Positions 1 through 8,661 of a DNA stretch of 64,000 nt are shown here, in pieces. The notes under the pieces are model-generated. The model saw only the letters and a list, made by a program, of their open reading frames with translations, did not search any database and was not told the DNA's origin. The stretch spans positions 23,757-87,756 of the IMG/VR virus record IMGVR_UViG_2718217859_000011, one strand, 5' to 3'. How positions within the stretch are numbered: the first letter of the stretch is position 1; the number at the start of each line of letters is the position of its first letter. The DNA comes from a virus (lineage: Duplodnaviria; Heunggongvirae; Uroviricota; Caudoviricetes). Made by a program: the position numbers and the translations under genes.

Positions 1-19
1 TCTTCTGCATGTGCCATAA

Positions 20-48
20 CCTGCCGTAACAACCCGGCAGGTTTTTTT
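20..48 (+). terminator. Putative rho-independent terminator (GC hairpin cctgccg/cggcagg followed by T7)
   Basis: Inverted repeat at 20-41 followed by ttttttt at 42-48. Confidence 0.45.
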
Positions 49-255
49 ATTGAATAAATTTCCGGTTTCTTCCACCATCGCACCGGCCAGGCGACTATGA
101 GGGGACAACGCCGCGCTCCGTTAACGCAGTAAACCCCGGTGTGTATCGTTTTTGATTATCCCCGCACACTCGCGCAGAGGAGTCTCCCTGTCGGGCTGCG
201 GTCTCTGTTAATGCGGAAATACGGCGACAATACCGCGCATGGATAATAAGGTCGC

Positions 256-480
256 TCAACACACTGGCTGTAATGCAGCCGATACCATGCGGCATTTAGC
301 GGCATTCATCGTACACTCAACGGTTAGCTCTTCATTCGTGGCATTCACCTGAAAGATCCGGGAGTGTAATTGCGTACATTTACCACTGAACGAACCTTCA
401 ACAAGAACACGACCACGCTGCAAAATACGGAACAGAATTGTTCCCTGAAAAGGCTTTACGGTTACCAGTAATTTCTTCAT
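256..480 (-). CDS. Hypothetical small protein (74 aa) downstream of the lysis genes
   Basis: ORF with GGAG RBS 5 nt upstream of ATG at 480; no family recognised. Confidence 0.4.
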   Translation of the reverse strand: MKKLLVTVKPFQGTILFRILQRGRVLVEGSFSGKCTQLHSRIFQVNATNEELTVECTMNAAKCRMVSAALQPVC

Positions 481-503
481 GCATTCTCCGGATAACAAAA
501 ATA

Positions 504-971
504 CTAGTTAATACACTGAGTGCGGATATATTCCTGCGCCCCTTCCAGCTGCTTCTGCATCATCATCAACCGCTCTCTGAGAGTGAAATAATCCCGTTCA
601 ACTGTGTCTGCCAGTCGGGGGCCGGTTGCATTATCCACGCCGGAGGTGCCGGTGGCTTCACGCACGGTACCGGAGCAGGTGGCGTTGATCCGCAGGCGCT
701 TACGACCAGCGGCAACATCAGCACGCAGAGTTTCATTTTCAGCTCTCGCATCGGCTAATTCCCTCGAGTATCTGGCATCAAGTGCAGCGACATCACGCTG
801 GCGTATCTGCATATCAGTAATTGTCGCGTTCGCCAGCTCCAGCTCTCTGACTTTTTTATCGCGCTGCGCTTTGTAGGTGATGGCGTTATCGCGGTAATGA
901 TTCAGCCCCAGACCAAGCGCACCACAGGCTACCAGCAGGACAATAATCACCACACACAGAACACGGTTCAT
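504..971 (-). CDS. Rz: Rz-like i-spanin (lysis)
   Basis: 155 aa, N-terminal TM segment, strong resemblance to lambda Rz ([31 protein letters not shown] motifs); embedded Rz1 frame. Confidence 0.85.
   Translation of the reverse strand: MNRVLCVVIIVLLVACGALGLGLNHYRDNAITYKAQRDKKVRELELANATITDMQIRQRDVAALDARYSRELADARAENETLRADVAAGRKRLRINATCSGTVREATGTSGVDNATGPRLADTVERDYFTLRERLMMMQKQLEGAQEYIRTQCIN
566..751 (-). CDS. Rz1: Rz1-like o-spanin lipoprotein embedded in the +1 frame of Rz
   Basis: 61 aa, lipobox LVVSAC, proline-rich ([15 protein letters not shown]) like lambda Rz1; fully nested in Rz. Confidence 0.8.
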   Translation of the reverse strand: MRELKMKLCVLMLPLVVSACGSTPPAPVPCVKPPAPPAWIMQPAPDWQTQLNGIISLSESG

Positions 972-1111
972 ATCCCCCTCACCCCAGCATCCCCGACGAA
1001 GACAACATCATCCAGCCTAAGAGCAACCAGCATTAGTGAAAATGAAATGCCGACGATTACACAGAGGATCTTCGCCAGCGTTATGAGCTTGTCTGACATG
1101 CTTAATCCTCT

Positions 1112-1294
1112 TCACGATTTCAACGCAATGACCAGTTTTGCCAGCCCATACAGCATCGGAGACACAGCAATACCGACCGCCACCCACTTAATAGCAAAAG
1201 CCAGCGCTCTGCTGATGTCATCAGTTACAGGCGCTTTCAGTTCAAGGCCGTTTTTCATAGTCAACCTCAACAGAATTCGTTTATACTTTTCCAT
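1112..1294 (-). CDS. Small membrane protein (60 aa) between endolysin and Rz
   Basis: ORF starting MEKYKRILL with GGGAG RBS; C-terminal hydrophobic segment. Confidence 0.4.
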   Translation of the reverse strand: MEKYKRILLRLTMKNGLELKAPVTDDISRALAFAIKWVAVGIAVSPMLYGLAKLVIALKS

Positions 1295-1326
1295 GTTCTC
1301 CCTTGCCTTATCCAAGGTCAGAAACA

Positions 1327-1362
1327 CAAAACCCCGCTTGCTGCCAACAAACGGGGTTTTAC
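1327..1362. terminator. Hairpin aaaccccg...cggggtttt (possible bidirectional or partial terminator)
   Basis: Inverted repeat ccccg(n)cgggg flanked by A/T runs on both strands. Confidence 0.3.
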
Positions 1363-1449
1363 TTTTATTCACTTAGGTTTTGCCAGTTCGCAGGATTTCG
1401 TGTTATCCGTCCGCGTTGGTCAACGTCATTTTTCAGCAAAATATTCTGC

Positions 1450-1983
1450 TTATCTGTCGATTCCCCAGCACGCCAGCGCACTTTCCTGATCTCGCCGGGA
1501 TACCTGACCGTAGCAATTATTTGAGCGGATACGGCAGTCTCTGCCACCGTCCTTAATCCACCAGCGAATCGCTTCACACGCTCCCCTGCGATCGCCTGCA
1601 TTAATTCGTTTATAAAACGTCGACGGGAAACACTTACCGGGGCCAATGTTATACGGACAGAATGACGCGATCCCCGCTTTCTGGGGTTCAGTCAGTGGCA
1701 CTTTGATGTTTTTCGCCACCCATGCCAGCGCCTTGTCACGTTCAATGGCGTTAACCCGGTCGCATTTTTCCTTTGACAGCTTCATGCCAGGAATAACAGG
1801 CTTACCATCCACCCGGGTGGCTCCACGGCAGATGGTCCAGATCCCCGCACCATCACGGTATGCCGTGGTGTGGTTACCTTCCTTTTCATCCAGAAACTGG
1901 TCGAGGATTTCAGGCGCAGGCGCACCTGCGGCAATCAGCGCCAGAACGGCAGCCGACAGACCGTATTTGATTTTGGTGTTCAT
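1450..1983 (-). CDS. SAR endolysin (phage lysozyme, GH24-like)
   Basis: 177 aa; N-terminal signal-arrest-release-like hydrophobic stretch (GLSAAVLALIAAGAPA) followed by a lysozyme catalytic region (EGNHTTAYRDGAGIWTICRG). Confidence 0.8.
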   Translation of the reverse strand: MNTKIKYGLSAAVLALIAAGAPAPEILDQFLDEKEGNHTTAYRDGAGIWTICRGATRVDGKPVIPGMKLSKEKCDRVNAIERDKALAWVAKNIKVPLTEPQKAGIASFCPYNIGPGKCFPSTFYKRINAGDRRGACEAIRWWIKDGGRDCRIRSNNCYGQVSRRDQESALACWGIDR

Positions 1984-2111
1984 GGATATTTATCAGGATT
2001 TATCGGTTCCGAATCCCTGGATATGTTAAGTCTTCAGCCTGCCAGTGGTGGGCACTGGTGTTTTACCTGATGGCTGAAATATATCTGACAATTCCCGTCG
2101 AGGATTTAGCA

Positions 2112-2426
2112 ATGTATAACGATGAACATAAATATACCGCCTGCATGCAGGCCATGAATGAACAATTTAAATCAGCATTCCTTAAACTCATTCAGCAAAA
2201 CCACGAAGCAGTAAAATCCATTCAGGCTGAGCCGTATGGACACCTCACACCACCAACTCTCGACATTATGTCCAGAATATTAACACCAGCCATGCTTCTA
2301 CGTCTGAAAGACAATATAAATGACTGGTTAAACGAAGAATTAAACTACCTTGAATGTGAGTGGGATCATCATTACGCCAAATCACAAAAAGAACGCATCT
2401 TCCGTCGATTATCCGGCAACAGATAA
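2112..2426 (+). CDS. Hypothetical protein (104 aa), oriented against the late operon
   Basis: ATG at 2112 with GAGGA RBS; convergent with the 2436-3077 gene; no family recognised. Confidence 0.5.
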   Translation: MYNDEHKYTACMQAMNEQFKSAFLKLIQQNHEAVKSIQAEPYGHLTPPTLDIMSRILTPAMLLRLKDNINDWLNEELNYLECEWDHHYAKSQKERIFRRLSGNR

Positions 2427-2435
2427 CGAGCCAGC

Positions 2436-3077
2436 TTATATACGTCCTTTAAGATAAGTCAGTCCTGGATGAAACCAGTAAGCCGGCACTTTTTTAAAGG
2501 GCGGATTATCAAAATCACGAAGAAGAGCCTCCCGCACAACTGCATCCTTGTCCGCACCACTGGCCAGCGCTTCAATCTCAGCAGCTACCTGCAGATATCC
2601 CATGCAACGACCAATGCGCTTCATTAGTCCCTGCTTTTTATTGTTCTTCAGGTAATCAATGGCAAATTCAATGAGCGCCTCACTGTGCTGGTGCGATGCT
2701 GGTGTTACTTTTCCATCTTCACGGATCGTGATATTCCAGTCATCGCTTGTCACAATAAAAGATGGCCGATTATCCCCCCATTCCTGGTCTTTATCCGGTG
2801 CAGACGCAATAAAATAACGTTTATTGCCTTCCTCTCCGGCACTTTTAACTGTAATGGAGTACTTTTCTGACAATGCGGTCGGTAAAAACTTTTCCTGCAA
2901 AATCTTCGCAAAGGTCCTGCGAGCAATTTTGATGCAATCATCGTAAAACGCTGCTTCCTGCTCATCGCGGCGTTTTTTTTCATCTTCAGAAACCATCAGC
3001 ACCGACAGTTTTTTATTCAGTTCAGTGATTTCATTTTCCAGGCAACTTATGCGCTGATTCATTTCTTCATGGTTCAT
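2436..3077 (-). CDS. Hypothetical protein (213 aa, N-terminal coiled coil), cargo gene inserted between pinholin and endolysin
   Basis: ATG 3 nt after the pinholin stop with GGGGAGAG RBS inside the end of the pinholin gene; AT-rich relative to flanks. Confidence 0.55.
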   Translation of the reverse strand: MNHEEMNQRISCLENEITELNKKLSVLMVSEDEKKRRDEQEAAFYDDCIKIARRTFAKILQEKFLPTALSEKYSITVKSAGEEGNKRYFIASAPDKDQEWGDNRPSFIVTSDDWNITIREDGKVTPASHQHSEALIEFAIDYLKNNKKQGLMKRIGRCMGYLQVAAEIEALASGADKDAVVREALLRDFDNPPFKKVPAYWFHPGLTYLKGRI

Positions 3078-3080
3078 CGT

Positions 3081-3296
3081 CTACTCTCCCCGCGCCGCCT
3101 TACGCCGGTCCTCTCTGATTTTGAAATACAGGTTAGTCAGGTACGTCAGCAGGCCAAACAGCAGACTCCCCAGCACACCTATCGCCACCCACTGGGACGG
3201 AGAGACTTTGTCCAGCAGCTGCAGTAACCAGTATCCCGTCCCCACCGCTGACGTGGTGTATGACACACCTGTTGTGATTTTTTCCATCTGGTACAT
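3081..3296 (-). CDS. Pinholin (phage 21 S21-like holin/antiholin with dual start MYQM)
   Basis: 71 aa; C-terminus [27 protein letters not shown] matches the S21 pinholin pattern; two TM segments; dual-start motif Met1/Met4. Confidence 0.8.
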   Translation of the reverse strand: MYQMEKITTGVSYTTSAVGTGYWLLQLLDKVSPSQWVAIGVLGSLLFGLLTYLTNLYFKIREDRRKAARGE

Positions 3297-3597
3297 ACCC
3301 CGTCTCCCGTTATCCGGAAGCTGACAACAATAAAAAAGCCACCCGTTAATTACTGATGGCTCTGATGCATAAACGTCATCATTCCCGACCGTTATGATTG
3401 ACAATGGTTATCATTTTTATATAAAAATACTCCCGATATGTGTTACATATCATTTCTCCACGGGGAATATCCCCACGCCAGCGTCAGACTCGTTTTCCCG
3501 TTCTCTTCTGTGCTGGCGTTTTTTTATCATGATGTCGGTACATTTATCTCCAGCACCAGGCTTTCAATCTCAACACCATACGCGGAATTTTTGGGCG

Positions 3598-3627
3598 TAA
3601 AAAATCCCCTCCGGTGAGGGGATTTGC
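3598..3627 (-). terminator. Strong hairpin (aatcccctc cggt gaggggatt) upstream of the lysis cassette
   Basis: 9-10 bp GC-rich stem with flanking A/T runs; lies between the moron block and the pinholin gene. Confidence 0.4.
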
Positions 3628-3856
3628 TTATGTAAACATTTACACTGCTTACCTGCATGGTGCCGGGTGCCTCCCGGTGAATTCAGTATCAGCACCTGAA
3701 TCCGCAATTATCCCATATACCTACTTGCTGATTGCCCCTCCGCACAGGGGGATTCACCATGCGAAATTTTTTTAACAAATGCTCAGTCTGACAGGCAACT
3801 GTCAACTGACTGAATTGTGAGACAATTAAAATTTTCTGGGCGTAACTGATACCCGG

Positions 3857-4021
3857 TTAACTACCTGGCATGTCCTTTTTCACCAAAGGAAAAAGCACCA
3901 CCACAATACCGACCACCAGCACTCCATCCGCCAGCACCGACATGATCCTGCTGGTGAAATCCACCATCACCACCAGAAACAGCAGGAGTGCCACAGCGGC
4001 CAGACGCAGTTTTACCGTCAC
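3857..4021 (-). CDS. Small hydrophobic peptide (54 aa, GTG start overlapping the TerB-like stop)
   Basis: Reverse-strand frame VTVKLRLAAVALLLFLVVMVDF...VVVLFPLVKKDMPGS; GTGA start/stop overlap with the upstream gene; below the 60-aa ORF-track cutoff. Confidence 0.35.
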   Translation of the reverse strand: MTVKLRLAAVALLLFLVVMVDFTSRIMSVLADGVLVVGIVVVLFPLVKKDMPGS

Positions 4022-4449
4022 AGGTGGTTCTCCAGTCGCAGGCCAAGAACACCAGCAATCTCTTCCAGAACCTTACGCTCTTCCGGCTCAATTTCACCAT
4101 CTGCTTCAGCAATGGCCACCGCCACATCCAGCACATCTTCCGCTTCACGCGTATCGTGTTTCACATCTTCAATTTCACGCAACGCTGCACGACGACCAAT
4201 TTTAAAATTGGTGTCAAGCTGACCTGTGATCGTGGCACTGATGGCATTAATTTCTGACGTAAATGCGGACAATGCTGGCTGGTTACGTAATACCTGTTCG
4301 ATCTTCGCTTTCTCTGAAGTCTCACATTCACCATCTGCATAGGCCACCAGGTAGGCAGCATTAATAACCGCCTGTGCCAGATCGCGTTTCTCAAACTTTT
4401 TAATTTCAGTTGCTGCTCTGCGGGTTTTCTTTTTGAAAATACCAAACAT
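4018..4449 (-). CDS. TerB-like (tellurite-resistance TerB family) protein
   Basis: 143 aa with paired ADGExxxxE-type motifs (LVAYADGECETSEKAKIEQV, IAEADGEIEPEERKVLEEI); AAAGGAAA RBS. Confidence 0.55.
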   Translation of the reverse strand: MFGIFKKKTRRAATEIKKFEKRDLAQAVINAAYLVAYADGECETSEKAKIEQVLRNQPALSAFTSEINAISATITGQLDTNFKIGRRAALREIEDVKHDTREAEDVLDVAVAIAEADGEIEPEERKVLEEIAGVLGLRLENHL

Positions 4450-4622
4450 CGTGACTTTTCCTTTTAGTGGGTGAGCCTGCGCCCGGGGGTGACCAGCCCA
4501 CAGAGAAAGTCACACTGACCATCCAGTAAGCTCCCCCCTGAAAAGCTCTGTGGTTTTTGATATGCGCCGGGCGTGGCGCGGATACAAAAAAGGCCCGCAA
4601 AAGCGAGCCAGGAAAATAAGTA

Positions 4623-4699
4623 TGGCGCGTTGTACTGGATTCGAACCAGTGACCGATTGCTTAGAAGGCAATTGCTCTGTCCGACTGAGCTAACAACGC
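4623..4699 (-). tRNA. tRNA-Arg (anticodon UCU)
   Basis: Reverse complement GCGTTGTTAGCTCAGTCGGACAGAGCAATTGCCTTCTAAGCAATCGG...GGTTCGAATCC..ACAACGCGCCA folds as a cloverleaf; anticodon loop CTTCTAA. Confidence 0.8.
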
Positions 4700-4712
4700 A
4701 TGATGCAGATAA

Positions 4713-4793
4713 TGGACCGCCATCGAGGACTCGAACCCCGCACCAACAACCCTGTTATCGTGTCGTCTGCTCTTCCTGATGAGCTAATGGCGG
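4713..4793 (-). tRNA. tRNA-like sequence with atypical anticodon arm (possible degenerate tRNA)
   Basis: Acceptor stem CCGCCAT/ATGGCGG, D-arm and T-arm (GGTTCGAGTCC) are recognisable but no clean 5-bp stem with 7-nt anticodon loop could be folded by eye. Confidence 0.35.
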
Positions 4794-4800
4794 TATGTTA

Positions 4801-4876
4801 TGGTGGCCCTTGCTGGATTTGAACCAGCGACCTGGCGATTATGAGTCGCTCGCTCTCACCACTGAGCTAAAGGGCC
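4801..4876 (-). tRNA. tRNA with anticodon CAU (Ile2/Met type)
   Basis: Reverse complement GGCCCTTTAGCTCAGTGGTGAGAGCGAGCGACTCATAATCGCCAGGTCGCTGGTTCAAATCCAGCAAGGGCCACCA; anticodon loop CTCATAA. Confidence 0.75.
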
Positions 4877-4916
4877 GGGCGCAGGATAATAACGGTACGT
4901 AACTAATTCTGCAATA

Positions 4917-5975
4917 TCATCCGTTCTGACTGACTAAATCCTGAACTTCCCTCACCGTCTGATCAAAACGCCCGGTCTCCAGCTCAACGCCAATTGCACG
5001 ACGTCCCAGCGCCATCGCTGCTTTGACCGTCGAACCCGACCCCATGAAAAAATCTGCAACCAGAGCTCCCGGACGACTGCTGGTGGTAATTATCTGACGC
5101 AACATCTCCGCCGGTTTTTCACAGGGATGTTTGCCGAGGTAATACTGTACAGGCTTATACATCCAGACATCCGTATACGGAACAGCAGCCGATACAGAAA
5201 AATAACGCCGCAAAGATTTGTACTCCTCCAGCGGGCTGGCATATTGCCGGTTAAGTTCACTGTATGTGCTGACCAGCTGGTGGTGTGGCTTTTCCAGTTC
5301 CCCGCGTTGATGTTTTTCTGCTGCAACACGCGCAAACAACGCCTGCAGTTTTCTGTAATCATCCTCGTTCGGTAACTGCCACTGGCGGGCACCAAACCAG
5401 TGCGACACCATGTTTTTCTTTCCGGTGGCTTCCGCTATCTGTTTTGACGTTATTCCCAGTGATTCACGCGCATCACGAAAGTAAGAAATCAGCGGGGCCA
5501 TGACGTGCTGTTTTAGCTCGCGCCCCTTTGCCGCATAGCCGTCATTTTTGGGCTGGTATGGCCCCTGATAATGTTCTGCAAACAGAATGCGTTCTGTCGC
5601 CGGGAAATACGCCCGCAGGCTTTCCTTGCTGCACCCGTTCCAGCGCCCGGACGGCTTCGCCCAGATAATGTGATTCAGCACATTAAAGCGTTCACGCATC
5701 ATGATTTCGATATCAGATGCCAGGCGATGACCACAGAACAGGTAAAGACTTCCGGCGGGCTTTAATACCCGCCAGAACTGCGCCAGACACTGGTCCAGCC
5801 ATTTCAGGTAATCATCATCGCCCTTCCACTGGTTATCCCAGCCCTCGGGCTTCACTTTAAAGTATGGCGGGTCTGTGACTATCAGGTCGACAGAGTTTTC
5901 CGGTAAGGCCTGGATAAACTCCAGGCAATCAGCGTTGATTAACTCACAACTGGATATTTTTACAGTATCAACCAT
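4917..5975 (-). CDS. DNA methyltransferase (N6-adenine/N4-cytosine type; DPPY motif before the C-terminal SAM-binding FMGSGST)
   Basis: 352 aa; motif IV VTDPPY near the N-terminus and FxGxG near the C-terminus (beta-class permutation). Confidence 0.8.
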   Translation of the reverse strand: MVDTVKISSCELINADCLEFIQALPENSVDLIVTDPPYFKVKPEGWDNQWKGDDDYLKWLDQCLAQFWRVLKPAGSLYLFCGHRLASDIEIMMRERFNVLNHIIWAKPSGRWNGCSKESLRAYFPATERILFAEHYQGPYQPKNDGYAAKGRELKQHVMAPLISYFRDARESLGITSKQIAEATGKKNMVSHWFGARQWQLPNEDDYRKLQALFARVAAEKHQRGELEKPHHQLVSTYSELNRQYASPLEEYKSLRRYFSVSAAVPYTDVWMYKPVQYYLGKHPCEKPAEMLRQIITTSSRPGALVADFFMGSGSTVKAAMALGRRAIGVELETGRFDQTVREVQDLVSQNG

Positions 5976-6125
5976 AGATCAATAAGCACTTCTCTGATAG
6001 GCTCATACCGCTTTTGCGCAAAGCAGATGGGCCTGAGGTTTGCTTGTGACCCCAACGCATGAGCAGATGGCTGGCAGGTGCCGCTAACACCCACCAGCCG
6101 CCCATTACCACAAATTAAAAAGCCT

Positions 6126-6323
6126 TCACTGCGGAAGGCGTCTGTAACAACCGAACTGATAATCTGCCAGACCCGCCATAACAAGCTGGGTCAGTATTAA
6201 CTGACAGCGTTCGCGTGAAAGGTAAGTATTCTGCGCAATTTCCCCGACGGTCGCCGGTTCGGTGACACTTAATTCATTAAACACCACTCTGGCGGTTTCG
6301 GTCATATCCTGCTGTTTTAGCAT
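6126..6323 (-). CDS. Small putative DNA-binding protein (65 aa)
   Basis: ORF from MLKQQDMTETARV; HTH-like segment EIAQNTYLSRERCQLILTQL. Confidence 0.35.
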   Translation of the reverse strand: MLKQQDMTETARVVFNELSVTEPATVGEIAQNTYLSRERCQLILTQLVMAGLADYQFGCYRRLPQ

Positions 6324-6497
6324 GTCTTTTTCCCTTTTCTGGTTAACGTGACATACCAATACCTCTTGTCGAAAAAGCCAGCAAGCTGAAAGACCGGTAT
6401 TAATAACCACCAGCGCGTTTAATATACCGCACCACTTTCGGGGCATAAAAAAATGCTCAATGACGGGCAGTAAAAATTCTTTGTTACTCAGGTGATT

Positions 6498-7217
6498 TTA
6501 ACGCACCCTGACAATGTTAATTTCAAAATCATCAATATGTCCGCTATTAAGTATAACGAATTTCGTACTCCCACTTCTGTACGATTTTGATAACACAAGA
6601 CGATCATCATAGCGTGCAAGAACGTAATACCAGACATTATCATAGTGGATCGACTGATATTCCCTCTTAAACTGGGGTTTGTACCAACCGGCAATAAGAG
6701 AGAATGTCCAGAAATAAATCATGAATCCAGCCATCATGAACTCAATTCGGTGATGGCGAATAAAAGATACTTCCGAAAAGCATTTGACTGAAATAAGTTT
6801 TCTTCCTGACCTGACAAAAAGCGTAATTATAAAGACAGCAATAACACAAAAAATAAGCACATCTGGCTCAACGTACTGATGAATGACCGAAAATTCCAGA
6901 ACAGGTGGAATAAAAAGCAGCAATATTGCCAGAAAAAGTCTGATAAAACTCAAATTCTGTATATTGTTTTTTTGTTTTATGCCTAAAAAGAAAACAATAC
7001 CAACACCCCATCCAGTAAGGAATATAACGATAACGGTCACAGCATAAAACAAACTTCGGGCCACATCATCAACGCCAGCTCCGACAACCCACCATGGAAA
7101 GCCATAGTAAAAGGAAGTACCCCATCCATAGAAATAAGCGCTTCCCCATCCAAGACAGCCCATATAAGCAATAAAAAGTGAAGAGTTCCTCAGTAGAGTA
7201 CTGTCATCCATACCCAT
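6498..7217 (-). CDS. AT-rich multi-pass membrane protein (239 aa), late-operon moron
   Basis: 5-6 predicted TM segments rich in W/Y/F/G; markedly AT-rich coding sequence; lies directly downstream of the candidate late promoter. Confidence 0.55.
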   Translation of the reverse strand: MGMDDSTLLRNSSLFIAYMGCLGWGSAYFYGWGTSFYYGFPWWVVGAGVDDVARSLFYAVTVIVIFLTGWGVGIVFFLGIKQKNNIQNLSFIRLFLAILLLFIPPVLEFSVIHQYVEPDVLIFCVIAVFIITLFVRSGRKLISVKCFSEVSFIRHHRIEFMMAGFMIYFWTFSLIAGWYKPQFKREYQSIHYDNVWYYVLARYDDRLVLSKSYRSGSTKFVILNSGHIDDFEINIVRVR

Positions 7218-7351
7218 CTCTCTAACAATTTAAAAACATTGACTCACCTTACATAACAAAGGAGATTCCATGCAGTCAAGAGACTTCAGAGCAGGAGAAA
7301 CTCATTGCACAATCGCCATCACGTTTAACGTTATGCACCGCTTTTCGGGCA

Positions 7352-7373
7352 CAAAAAACCCGCTCTATGGCGG
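7352..7373 (-). terminator. Candidate early terminator of the late promoter transcript (tR'-like)
   Basis: Hairpin cccgc-tctatg-gcggg followed by T6 on the minus strand, about 50 nt downstream of the candidate promoter. Confidence 0.4.
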
Positions 7374-7422
7374 GCTGTAAAAATTCTTCTAACGTCAGGC
7401 ATAAAGCACCCATAATTAGGGC

Positions 7423-7450
7423 AAACTTACCACAGATTCGGGAAAAATCA
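7423..7450 (-). promoter_or_regulatory. Candidate late promoter (pR'-like) immediately downstream of the Q-like gene
   Basis: Minus-strand TTGATT, 16-bp spacer, TAAGTT; position relative to the Q-like gene and downstream hairpin. Confidence 0.3.
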
Positions 7451-7456
7451 ATAACA

Positions 7457-8278
7457 CTAGCACATTACCCTCTTTAACTGCCGCTCCGCCCATGCCTCTT
7501 CAATGTCAAACCGAACCACCAACGTATCGTAAAAGCGCTTCACTGATTTTTTCCATGTATCAAGTGTAATAGCACTCGTCACTTTGCATATGGCATTAAA
7601 TGCCTCTGTTGACGGCAATCTTTCATAGCCACGACCGCCACAACGCTGGCAGTCCCTGATAACCGGCATCCCCCGTTTTTCCGACTCTTCACGATGAACG
7701 GCAATACCGCGCCCACGGCAGTCTTTACAGGCAGTGGAAATCTCCCCCTTCCCTTTACATTCCGGGCAGGAAACTTTTACCACCTCCCTGACTTTTTTCC
7801 ATTCTTCCCAGTAAGACGGATACACACCTTTCGTACACTTTGCCCATACTGGCGGCTTGCCATCCGGATACTGAACCTTGTTTGTAAAAACTTCGCTTTC
7901 AATAAATCTTTCCCCATGGCAACAAGGGCACTGCTTTTTACTCGCTGCGCTGCGGGCGTAATCCTCAAAAGCGTACGAAGCCATAATGCGCATCACTACC
8001 GGTTTTATTTCTGCCGGGAGTTTTCTTAACGCCGAGACGCGATCGCACTGACTTAATGCATAATCTGCCAGTAATTCTGTTGCCCGCGCCCTGTCATTCA
8101 TACTAATGCCCATTTTCCCCAGGAACGCAGAAAATCCCATCTCAGCCCGGTTCTGTGTCATACCCTGCGCAGCCATCACATCAGTGATACTCAGCGCATC
8201 TTTTGACGTCGAAGCGGATGCATCAGTCAGGCCTGGGGATTTTGGGGAATAGTATTTCGGTAAATCTTCCAGTTTCAT
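7457..8278 (-). CDS. Late-gene antiterminator Q-like protein (Cys-rich zinc-binding)
   Basis: 273 aa with multiple CxxC pairs (CPCC, CPEC, CKDC, CQRC); sits between rusA and the late promoter/lysis region, as in lambdoid phages. Confidence 0.55.
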   Translation of the reverse strand: MKLEDLPKYYSPKSPGLTDASASTSKDALSITDVMAAQGMTQNRAEMGFSAFLGKMGISMNDRARATELLADYALSQCDRVSALRKLPAEIKPVVMRIMASYAFEDYARSAASKKQCPCCHGERFIESEVFTNKVQYPDGKPPVWAKCTKGVYPSYWEEWKKVREVVKVSCPECKGKGEISTACKDCRGRGIAVHREESEKRGMPVIRDCQRCGGRGYERLPSTEAFNAICKVTSAITLDTWKKSVKRFYDTLVVRFDIEEAWAERQLKRVMC

Positions 8279-8649
8279 TTTTGGACCTGACCGTCATGCA
8301 TTATTTCGTAAATCTTCACACCCAGCCGACCACCAGGAACAGGCAGTCCGCGCACAATATTAATTTCATCAAACTGCTCGTCGTCGATAAGCAGTCCCGC
8401 ATGCGTCAGCGCATCCAGCGGTGCCTTCAGGATATTGTCCAGGTCACGACGGCGTTTATCCGGTGGCTCTGCAATAATTTTTATTGCCAGCCTTCCCGAC
8501 AGGTTTAATTTCAACCGCTGCTGGCGAACAATGAGCGCCAAATCACGGCGATAACGCTCACCGGCTTTTGATACAAAATATGTGCTGCCATGACGTCGCC
8601 AGTAGGTGTTCACCGTCAGCGGGTAAGGCAAAACAAACTCTATACACAT
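8275..8649 (-). CDS. rusA: RusA Holliday-junction resolvase
   Basis: 124 aa; LPYPLTVNTYWRR and RRRDLDNILKAPLDAL motifs typical of RusA. Confidence 0.8.
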   Translation of the reverse strand: MCIEFVLPYPLTVNTYWRRHGSTYFVSKAGERYRRDLALIVRQQRLKLNLSGRLAIKIIAEPPDKRRRDLDNILKAPLDALTHAGLLIDDEQFDEINIVRGLPVPGGRLGVKIYEIMHDGQVQK

Positions 8650-8661
8650 CAGTACCCCCTT

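Noticed and set aside
95-295. 66-aa minus-strand ORF
   Set aside because: Overlaps the better-supported 256-480 gene region, has no RBS, and overlaps a predicted terminator region.
3870-4205. 111-aa plus-strand ORF
   Set aside because: Antisense to the TerB-like gene and the small TM ORF; Thr/Ser-rich low-complexity product.
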